A DNA stretch of 64,000 nt. Source: Dehalococcoidia bacterium. Its GTDB lineage: Bacteria > Chloroflexota > Dehalococcoidia > Bin125. Where the stretch lies: positions 64,001 through 128,000 of the forward strand of contig OY820591.1 in NCBI GenBank assembly GCA_963555985.3. The letters run 5' to 3'. A model generated the notes under the pieces. It did not search any database, had not been told where the DNA came from, and saw only the letters and a list, made by a program, of their open reading frames with translations. The translations under genes were made by a program, and so were the position numbers. Shown one piece after another: positions 56,505 through 64,000 of this stretch. Numbering within the stretch: position 1 is the stretch's first letter; the number at the start of each line of letters is the position of its first letter.

Positions 56505-57605
56505 TTAGAGGCTGTCCAGGTTGATTGGGCTTCCCGACTTGGCCGACTCGTAGATGCCGAAGACGATTTTCATCGTTTCGAGGTTGTCGCGGCCGCTGCT
56601 GATTGGTTCTCCGCCGTCTTCGCAGCAGCGGGCGAAGTGCTGGATTTCGTTGATGTAGGGGTTGTCGGTGGGCAGTGTGAGGTCGCTGGTGTCGATTGGC
56701 TGGAAGCTCGTGTCCAGACTGAAGCTGTTCTCGCCGTCCTGCTGGGCGCTGGCGATTACGGCGGGGGTTCGGTGCCACATCAAGGGCGTGTTTTCGGCGG
56801 GCGGGGGAGTCCAGGCTGCGCCTTCATCGCCGAGGATCAGGATTTGGAAGAGCCAGGGCGCGCGGCTGGTGAGACTGGCGGTGAGTTGGCCGACGGCGCC
56901 GTTGGCGAATTCGAGGGTGGCGACGGCGCGGTCTTCGGCGTCGTTGGTGAAGCTGGGGTGTCCGCGCCAGGCGCGGGCGTCGACGCGGGCGACTTCGCCG
57001 ACGAAGTAGCGCATGAGGTCGAGGTGGTGGACGGAGAGCAGGGTGACGACTCCGCCGCCGCCGCGCTTGCCGTCGAAGCCCCACCAGCCGGCGCGGGGGG
57101 CGATGGGCTGGTTTGGGTCGTCGAGGGCGGCGGTGAGGAAGGTGTCGACGCGGGCGGACCAGATGCGGCCCAGTTCGCCGGCCTGGATGCGCCGGCGGAG
57201 GGCCATGTAGGTGGGGACGTGGCGGAGATGCTGGGCGACCATGAAGGTGACGCCGGCTTGGTCGGTGGCTTCGACGATGGCGCGGCATTCGTCGATCGAG
57301 ACGGCCATCGGTTTTTCGAGCAGGACGTGTTTGCCGGCGCGGGCGGCGGCGATGGCGAGCTCGGCGTGGGTGTCGTGGATGGTGCAGATGTCGACGGCGT
57401 CGATGTCGGCGTGTTCGAGCATTGCGTCGGCGCTGGTGAAGATGCTGTCGACGTTGGCTTCGGCGGCGAACTCTCGGGCGGCGTCTTCGCGGATGTCGCA
57501 GACGGCGCTGAGGCGGATGTCGTCGGGTTTGAGTTGGTAGCCGGGGAGGTGCTGGCGGGAGATGCCGCCGGTACCGATGAGGCCGACCTTGAGCGGTTCG
57601 GGCAT
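56505..57605 (-). other. Gfo/Idh/MocA-family oxidoreductase
   Basis: VGLIGTGGI, DAVDICT, GKHVLLEKP, HHLD motifs. Confidence 0.93.
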
Positions 57606-57687
57606 GGTCTGAGTCCTGCCAAGCTGGGGCGCGGGGAGCGGGGGCAGGATAGCGATTTGGGAGTTGAGGTCGGCGTAGACTGGATTT

Positions 57688-57764
57688 GGGCCCTTAGCTC
57701 AGTTGGCCAGAGCAGCGGACTTTTAATCCGAAGGTCCTGGGTTCGAGTCCCAGAGGGCCCACCA
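57688..57764 (+). tRNA. tRNA-Lys (anticodon UUU)
   Basis: Acceptor stem GGGCCCT/AGGGCCC, D arm GCTC/GAGC, anticodon loop CTTTTAA, T loop TTCGAGT, encoded CCA. Confidence 0.97.
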
Positions 57765-57823
57765 CTCGCGCTTGGGCAGGCGGGGATATCTTGGCGTTGC
57801 GGTAGCGGAGATTAGAGGTTGTC

Positions 57824-58240
57824 ATGGGCGAGATTGTGGTGGAGATTGAGTTGGAGAACATCGGCGATCGGAAGCTGGCTGAGGCGGGGATTCGAGCTGA
57901 GGCGGATGTGCGGCGGGAGACGCTTCGCGCGGTGGCCGATACCGGAGCGGTGATGTTGGCGCTGCCGGCGGATGTGGTGGAGCGGCTCGGCGTGCCCGTG
58001 GTGGACACGATTACGACGACGTATGCCGACGGTCGCCGGGGGGAGCTGCCGGTGTCCGACACGCTGACGATTCGGATTGGGGATCGGCGCATGGGGACGG
58101 AGTGCATCGTCGTGCCGGAGGGCGCGGAAGCGCTGGTCGGGCAGGTGGTGATGGAGGTGCTGGATCTGATTGCGGACCCGGTGAACCAGACGCTGGGCCC
58201 GAGGCCGGAGTCGCCCGATCGGCGGTTGTTGCGGGTGTGA
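57824..58240 (+). CDS. Clan AA retropepsin-like aspartyl protease, tandem copy 1
   Basis: AVADTGAVMLALP, YADGR, ALVGQVVMEVLDLIADP motifs. Confidence 0.88.
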   Translation: MGEIVVEIELENIGDRKLAEAGIRAEADVRRETLRAVADTGAVMLALPADVVERLGVPVVDTITTTYADGRRGELPVSDTLTIRIGDRRMGTECIVVPEGAEALVGQVVMEVLDLIADPVNQTLGPRPESPDRRLLRV

Positions 58241-58315
58241 GGGGTCGGCCCTTCATCGTTCGTGACAGGGGCGGCGGGTATATTGGGGCTGTGAGCGCGG
58301 CGTTTGGAGGTTGTC

Positions 58316-58732
58316 ATGGGCGAGATCATCGTTGAGATCGAGTTGGAGAATCGCGAGGATCGTTACGACGCGCTCAGGGGGCGGATAGACGAGAATTCGG
58401 TGCGGCGGGAGACGATTCGCGCGGTGGCCGACACCGGGGCGGTGATGTTGGCGCTGCCTGAGGATCTGGTGGAGCGGCTCGGCGTGCCCATGGTGGACAC
58501 GATTACGACGACGTATGCCGACGGTCGCCGGGGGGAGCTGCCGGTGTCCGACACGCTGACGATTCGGATTGGGGATCGGCGCATGGGGACGGAGTGCATC
58601 GTCGTGCCGGAAGGCGCGGAGGCATTGGTTGGTCAACTGGTGATGGAGCGCCTCGATCTGATCCCCGACCCGTTGAATCAGACGCTGGGTCCGAGGCCGG
58701 AATCGCCCGATCGGCCGTTGTTGCGGGTGTGA
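58316..58732 (+). CDS. Clan AA retropepsin-like aspartyl protease, tandem copy 2
   Basis: Near-identical paralog of copy 1; GGAGG RBS. Confidence 0.88.
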   Translation: MGEIIVEIELENREDRYDALRGRIDENSVRRETIRAVADTGAVMLALPEDLVERLGVPMVDTITTTYADGRRGELPVSDTLTIRIGDRRMGTECIVVPEGAEALVGQLVMERLDLIPDPLNQTLGPRPESPDRPLLRV

Positions 58733-58742
58733 GGGGCACCAA

Positions 58743-59120
58743 CTAGTCGGTGATGTAGGTGTGGGTGATTACTTCCCAGACGTGGCCGTTTTCACAATCG
58801 AAGTAGAAGCCGCGCCCCTGATGGCGGTGATTGATCCGGCCGTCCGTGCGTGAACCGGGACCGCTGCCGAACACCACGCCCTCATCCTTGACCCGCTGCA
58901 AGATCGCATCGAACTCCTCGTCGGAGGCGAGGAAGGCGTAGTGATTCGAGCCCGGGCTGTCTGAATGATCGAAGTCCAGGGTCAGGGTGTCGTTGATCTT
59001 GACCGGGGCGAAGTGTCCCCAATTTCCCTCATAGGTCAGGCCGAAGATGCGAGCGATGAATTTCGCCGAGCGTTCCTTGTCGTAGGCCGGCACGATGGTG
59101 TGATCGAGCTGCAATGGCAT
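58743..59120 (-). CDS. VOC/glyoxalase-family protein
   Basis: LDHTIV, HYAFL, GRGFYF..GHVWEVIT motifs. Confidence 0.92.
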   Translation of the reverse strand: MPLQLDHTIVPAYDKERSAKFIARIFGLTYEGNWGHFAPVKINDTLTLDFDHSDSPGSNHYAFLASDEEFDAILQRVKDEGVVFGSGPGSRTDGRINHRHQGRGFYFDCENGHVWEVITHTYITD

Positions 59121-59138
59121 GGCGTCCCTCCTGGCGAC

Positions 59139-59447
59139 TCAGCAGGCGTCGTCTGCTGCCAATGTATCGATTTGGCCGCAGTCCGGAGCAGGCGTCGCGA
59201 GCCGGGCGGGCCGCCAGGCCATCTTCATGTAGACGTCTCCGCGCTCCAACTCGTCCAGCATCTGCTGGAGGCGGCGCTGCTTCGTCTGCGCTCGCTTGGC
59301 GCGGTTGATCCAGCCCAGATAGTCGTTCCGCTGATAGGGCGGTCGAGCGCGGTAGGCCGCCATCAAGCCGCGCTCAAGCAGGGCGCGCTCAACGGCGGAC
59401 GGCATGGACTGGATCGGGCGGGTGAGCCGAGAGCCGGGTTCAGTCAC
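59139..59447 (-). CDS. YdeI/OmpD-associated family protein
   Basis: YRARPPYQRNDYLGWINRAKRAQTKQRRLQQMLDELERGDVYMKMAW. Confidence 0.82.
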   Translation of the reverse strand: MTEPGSRLTRPIQSMPSAVERALLERGLMAAYRARPPYQRNDYLGWINRAKRAQTKQRRLQQMLDELERGDVYMKMAWRPARLATPAPDCGQIDTLAADDAC

Positions 59448-59467
59448 CGCTCGCCCCTTGCGGTTGC

Positions 59468-60541
59468 TCAGCGTTGGCTGGCGGCGGTTGGGTGCGGATC
59501 GGCCACGCTCGCGTGGACTTCCAGCAGAGCGGGAATGGTCTCGGCAGGCCGGCGTCCGAAGCCGCACTCGGTGGCGACGCCGAAGCCTGCGACCGCCGTC
59601 TGCGCTGCCATAATCCGGGCGCGCGTCCCGTCGGCGCCGTCGGTCAAGTGAACCAGGCCCAGGTAGAGCTCCGTCTGCGGCGGCAGCCGTAGGTCTCGCA
59701 GCGGCGCGAAGTAGGCTGCGTCGCTGCGATCTCGGGGGACCGGCAGGTGCAGCCACTGGAGCGGGCGGGCAATGCCCTCGGCGAGCCCGCGCGCAATTGT
59801 GGCGAGCTTGCCCGCATCGGCCGGCTGAATGAAGTGCTGGTGTTCGACATCGCCGTAGCAGAGGTGGTAGCCCAGTTCGACCGCCTCGGGCACGTGATTG
59901 CCGAGCCGGACGAGGCGCTCCAGGATGTCCCGCTCCGGCTCCGCGAGGAACGAGTCGACCAGTCCCTCCAAGATGGCGAACTCGACCGCGGTGTCCCACT
60001 GGATCGCCAATTCGCCGGCGGGGATCGCGGCGGCGATGCCGTCTAGCTCCTCCAGCAGCTTGCGCTCGTAGGCCTGCTCGACCGCTTCCTGATCGCGCGG
60101 GACGAAGCGGACGTGAATCACCGCCAGCGGCGTCGGCAGACAGACCTGGAACCTGACTCCGGCCGGGATGATGCCATCCTGCTTGAGCCGCGAGAAGACC
60201 GCATACGACTCGAGCGCCGCCGCCTGATAGCCGAGTTCGGGAAAGGCGATCTCTGCGCGGCTGACTCCGCTTCGAAGCTGGAGCCTGGGACCAAAGGGGC
60301 CGGGCGTCTCATCGGCCGGCTCGAACTCCGGGACCTGGGTCAGCAGCGGGAACTGCCACTGGATCCAGTTGGTGCGAATGCCGGTCTCGCCGTCGGGTAT
60401 GCGGCGGAGGCAGGCGCCGAGCCCGGCCGAGACTGCGCGAAAGACAGTCTCGCTGTCGGCGAGCGGAACGCTGCCGACAAGATGCGCGCCGCGCGGCCGT
60501 GGGGCTGCGCTCGCGCTCTCAGCGCCGGACGAGTCGGCCAT
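59468..60541 (-). CDS. Cobalamin-independent methionine synthase II-like (URO-D/MetE fold) protein
   Basis: HLVGSVP, PDGETG, QWD, GYHLCYGD, TECGFGR motifs. Confidence 0.82.
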   Translation of the reverse strand: MADSSGAESASAAPRPRGAHLVGSVPLADSETVFRAVSAGLGACLRRIPDGETGIRTNWIQWQFPLLTQVPEFEPADETPGPFGPRLQLRSGVSRAEIAFPELGYQAAALESYAVFSRLKQDGIIPAGVRFQVCLPTPLAVIHVRFVPRDQEAVEQAYERKLLEELDGIAAAIPAGELAIQWDTAVEFAILEGLVDSFLAEPERDILERLVRLGNHVPEAVELGYHLCYGDVEHQHFIQPADAGKLATIARGLAEGIARPLQWLHLPVPRDRSDAAYFAPLRDLRLPPQTELYLGLVHLTDGADGTRARIMAAQTAVAGFGVATECGFGRRPAETIPALLEVHASVADPHPTAASQR

Positions 60542-60644
60542 CTCGAGCCTCCATACCCCAAGACACTCCGTCGTCCCGCCGCCGGCGGGATTACGAAGCG
60601 TGGTCAGGATATCGGAGCATCGCCAGCGCGTGCCAGCCGTCTGC

Positions 60645-63119
60645 TCAGAGGACCTGATCGTCCGAGGCGGCCGCGAGCAGGTTGATCAGAGGGGGATTGG
60701 GATGTGGGGGGGGGGGGGGGGGTACGTGTGTTCGGCTTTCAGGCTCGGGCATGCGGTAGCCGAGGCCGGGCTCGGTGAAGACGTAGCTGGGGCGGTCGGC
60801 GTCGTCGTTGAGCTTGCGCCGCAGCCGCCGGACCAGGGAGCGGACCGGGCGGGTGTCGTCGAAGCGGCGTCGGTGCCAGACGCGGCTGAGCAGGCGTTCG
60901 TAGCTGATCGTCTCTCCGGCGTGGAGGGAGAGTTCGCGCAGCACGGCGTATTCGGTAGCGGTCAGCTGGACGGTTTTGCCGGCGACAGTGACGGCGCGTT
61001 GAACGTAATCGATGCGGAGTTGGCCGAGTTGGAAGGGCGGTTCCGCTTCGGGTGCAGGCGCGGCGGGCGCGGCGGGGATCGTGGAGGACGTTTCTTGGCG
61101 ATTGAGGACGATTTGGAGTCTAGTGATGAGTTCGGTGGGCGAGATTGGTTTATTGAGATAGTCGGCGGCGCCCTGTTGGAGTGCGCGGGCGATGCGTTCG
61201 TCTTGGCCGGGCCGGGAGAGCAGGAGTACTGGGACCTTGAGACGCCCGGTAATTTTGGAGATCAGTTCGTCTTGGTCGATCTCGGGCAGCATCAGGTCGA
61301 GGATGGCGGCCTGGGGCCGGTGACGTTCGATCAGGTTGAGGACGTCCGCCGGATCTTCGGAGGCGATCGGCGCATACTGCGCTTGAGCGAGCTGTTGGTG
61401 GAGGATGCGCAGACTCTCCGGGTCTCTGTCTACCAGCAGGACGGAAGCGCGAGCGGTCGGGTCTGCTGCGGGCGGCTGGGCGGCGGCGAAGGGGAGGGTG
61501 AAGCTGAAGTGGCTGCCTCGCCCGGGTCCCTCGCTCTCGACCCAGATGCGGCCGTCGTGAGCCTCGACGATGCCGCGGCAGACGGACAAATCGAGGTCGG
61601 TTGCGAGGGACCCGGGTTGCTCGTCGTTGTTCGAGAAGTCGAGCTTGCGGAAGACTTGGCGCAGGCGTCCGGGGGCGATGCCCTCGCCCCGGTTCGTGAC
61701 CGTGATGGCGACGTGCGCGTCGTTGATTGCGGCGCGGAGCAGGATCGGCGTATTGGCGGGGGAATGCAGGACGGCGATGGTGAGCAGGTCGTGGAGGACG
61801 CGGGTGATCCGCTGACGGTCGGCGAGCACCGGGGGCAGCTGCGGTTCGAACTCGAGCACGATGCGGCGTCCGCCCGGGAAGGCGTTGCGAGTCTCGCTCA
61901 GAAGCAGCGCGACATCAACGGTTTCGCGGTTCAGCGAGAGCGTGCCGGACTGGGCCTGCACTTGTTCCAGCAGGTCTTGGATCAATCTCTGCAAGTGCTC
62001 CGCCTGGTCGTTGATGATGCGCAAGAACTGGCGCATCTCGTCCGCCCGGAAGTCGTCGCGCTTGTCCAGCAAGGCAGCCGCTGCGCCTTTGATCGAAGTC
62101 GCCGGGAGGCGCAGTGCGTCGGCGGCAAAGGTGGCGAACTCGCCAAACCGGCGTGTCACTTCCTCGATCGGCTGCATATCCTGGAAGGTGACGACGACGG
62201 ATTCGACCTCGCCTTCAGCTGAGCGGATTGGAGCGACGTTGAGGATCGTGGTGACCGATTGACCGTTGGGCAGTTTGAGTACGATTTCCTCGGCGCGGGT
62301 CCGCAAGATGTTGGTGTTGCGCAGGACGCGGGGGAGGGAGATTTCGTTGAGCGCCTGCTCGCGTCCGTCGCCGCGCCGGATCGTGCCTCGCTGCATCAGC
62401 TCATCGAACAGTTTCTCCGTCGGGCGGCCGGGCTGGTTCACCTTGGCGAGGATGTGCCGCGCTCCGCGGTTGAGCCAGGGCGTCGCGCCGGTCTTGGCGT
62501 CCAGGATGATCACGCCGACCGGCAAGGCCTCGAGCAGATCGCTGGTGTCGATTTGAGCGTGCGCCTGCTCGGCCTGACGGCGCGCGTTGGCGAGCGCGAG
62601 CGCGGCCTGGTCGGTGAAGAGACGCATCAACTCTTCGTCTTCGAGGCTGTAGCCGCCCGTTGCCTTGGTCGCGTGCAGGACGGCCATGGGCGTATCGCCG
62701 TCGCGCAGGGGGAAGGCGAAGATCGCACTGATCGGCATGGGCAAGTTGAGCCAGTCGAGCGGGGTGGGGTTGCTCTCGATCTCACCTACGCGCATCGGCG
62801 TGCGCAGCCCCGGTACCGGCGTGTAGGACTGCCGGTGCATGTCCAGGGCGCGCAGGGCCTCGTGTTCGTCGGGCGTGAGCCCCGAGGAGTACAATTCCTC
62901 CAGCGCTTCGCTGGGGTCGTAGAGGCCGAGGGCGGCGTAGTCGGAGCCGAGCAGACTGCGGACGCTCTCCATGATCACATTCGGCAGCGTCTCCAGATCG
63001 AGGTTCGCGTGGAGCTTCAGGATCGCCTCGCTGAGCCTGGACAGGCGCTCGCCGGGTGACGTCTCGGTCTGCTCTGCGATCTGCGCTGCCTGCTCTATGA
63101 GCTCCGTTGACTGATTCAT
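60645..63119 (-). CDS. Hybrid GAF-PAS-(pseudo)histidine kinase-REC-OmpR wHTH regulator
   Basis: GAF and PAS segments, HATPase-like GRIWVESEGPGRGSHFSFTLP, REC ILDLMLP..DYLNKP, wHTH LTATEY..LRRKL..TEPGLGYR. Confidence 0.9.
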   Translation of the reverse strand: MNQSTELIEQAAQIAEQTETSPGERLSRLSEAILKLHANLDLETLPNVIMESVRSLLGSDYAALGLYDPSEALEELYSSGLTPDEHEALRALDMHRQSYTPVPGLRTPMRVGEIESNPTPLDWLNLPMPISAIFAFPLRDGDTPMAVLHATKATGGYSLEDEELMRLFTDQAALALANARRQAEQAHAQIDTSDLLEALPVGVIILDAKTGATPWLNRGARHILAKVNQPGRPTEKLFDELMQRGTIRRGDGREQALNEISLPRVLRNTNILRTRAEEIVLKLPNGQSVTTILNVAPIRSAEGEVESVVVTFQDMQPIEEVTRRFGEFATFAADALRLPATSIKGAAAALLDKRDDFRADEMRQFLRIINDQAEHLQRLIQDLLEQVQAQSGTLSLNRETVDVALLLSETRNAFPGGRRIVLEFEPQLPPVLADRQRITRVLHDLLTIAVLHSPANTPILLRAAINDAHVAITVTNRGEGIAPGRLRQVFRKLDFSNNDEQPGSLATDLDLSVCRGIVEAHDGRIWVESEGPGRGSHFSFTLPFAAAQPPAADPTARASVLLVDRDPESLRILHQQLAQAQYAPIASEDPADVLNLIERHRPQAAILDLMLPEIDQDELISKITGRLKVPVLLLSRPGQDERIARALQQGAADYLNKPISPTELITRLQIVLNRQETSSTIPAAPAAPAPEAEPPFQLGQLRIDYVQRAVTVAGKTVQLTATEYAVLRELSLHAGETISYERLLSRVWHRRRFDDTRPVRSLVRRLRRKLNDDADRPSYVFTEPGLGYRMPEPESRTHVPPPPPPHPNPPLINLLAAASDDQVL

Positions 63120-63390
63120 CTTGCCTCCTCCGTCACGCCATCACTCAACTCGACACGGACTGTGCTCGATTCAGCACGGATTGTGTGACAGTAGCCGATA
63201 ATTCGCGTCTGTCAAGCGGGCTGCCCGTCACGGCGGCGGCGCCAGATCGTCACAGAGCGCTTTGGGGCTGTGACACAGTGTCTTCGGGTTGTCGCTTTCA
63301 CTGCTCAAAAGTGAACAGACACCCAGAACGGGCGGCGTTCGCTAGACGGTAATATCACAGATCTGATGTGATATGGCAAGGAGCGCAGCG

Positions 63391-64000
63391 ATGCGGATTA
63401 CAGACGACGCCGGTATTTCCGATTTGCTGATTGGCGAGGAAACGCGGCTTTGCGGCGGTTTTGGGTTCATTGAGGGGCCGATCTGGATCGCCTCCGACAA
63501 CGCACTCGTCTTCAGCGACATCCCGGGCAACCGCCAGCACATCTGGCGGCCGGGCGACTCCGAGGCGGAGGTCTACCGCGAGCCGAGCGGCTGGTCGAAC
63601 GGGCTAACGCTCGATGCAGCCGGCAACCTGCTCGCCTGCGAACACGGCGGCCGCCGCGTCTCGAGCGCGCCCTACGGCTCGCCCGGCAGCGAGACCGCGC
63701 TCGCCGACAGCTGGGACGGCAAGGCGCTGAACAGCCCCAACGACCTCGTCGTTCACTCCTCGGGCGCGATCTTCTTCACCGATCCGGCCTACGGCGTCGA
63801 CACGGGACGCACCCCCCGCTTCGGCCAGGAGGGTCAGACCCAGGAGCTCGACTTCCAGGGTGTCTACCGGATCGACCCCGACGGCTCGCTCCACTGCGTC
63901 GCCCCCGCCGGCTTCTCCAACCCCAACGGCCTCGCCTTCAACCCCGACGAGTCCCAGCTCTACATCGGCGACTCGCAGGAGGGGCTGATCTGGCGCTACG
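63391..64000 (+). CDS. SMP-30/gluconolactonase family protein (runs off the window)
   Basis: Manual translation: GFGFIEGPIW..LVFSDIP..SNGLTLD..LNSPNDL..FFTDP..PNGLAF; AGGAG RBS. Confidence 0.92.
   Translation, partial: MRITDDAGISDLLIGEETRLCGGFGFIEGPIWIASDNALVFSDIPGNRQHIWRPGDSEAEVYREPSGWSNGLTLDAAGNLLACEHGGRRVSSAPYGSPGSETALADSWDGKALNSPNDLVVHSSGAIFFTDPAYGVDTGRTPRFGQEGQTQELDFQGVYRIDPDGSLHCVAPAGFSNPNGLAFNPDESQLYIGDSQEGLIWRY

Noticed and set aside
57688-58745. Genomic island integrated at tRNA-Lys
   Set aside because: No integrase, and only a weak GAGGGGCACCA match to the tRNA 3' end at about 58731.

Overview
A GC-rich bacterial chromosome segment. Gene content (expanded CoA-transferase, acyl-CoA dehydrogenase-like and alpha/beta-hydrolase paralogs, fused HK-REC-wHTH sensor) suggests Chloroflexota/Dehalococcoidia; this taxonomy is an inference. 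The backbone is housekeeping: dnaA (partial, DnaA boxes upstream), coaX-coaBC, pepA, rpsO-pnp, dapB-asd-dapA, ribD/ribE/ribBA/ribH, an ECF sigma/anti-sigma pair, a class II aldolase and tRNA-Lys(UUU). It is interleaved with CoA/redox enzymes, many toxin-antitoxin-type genes and several palindromic repeat/MITE families. Four highlights. (1) A solitary two-gene cassette (small ORF plus terminase large subunit with intact motifs, no other phage genes), wrapped in palindromic repeats and splitting the riboflavin genes, with a truncated sibling about 36 kb away. (2) Two tandem AhpD-like genes whose apparent stop is an in-frame UGA in CxxU, each followed by an identically spaced SECIS-like hairpin, so probably selenoproteins. 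(3) A GIY-YIG nuclease bracketed by mirror-image CGTC palindrome doublets that are also dispersed as TIR-bounded, nested MITEs. (4) Several unusual proteins: PNPase with a long disordered tail, RibD with a GNAT-like extension, and a pseudokinase hybrid regulator. All calls come from reading motifs by eye; no database searches were run.
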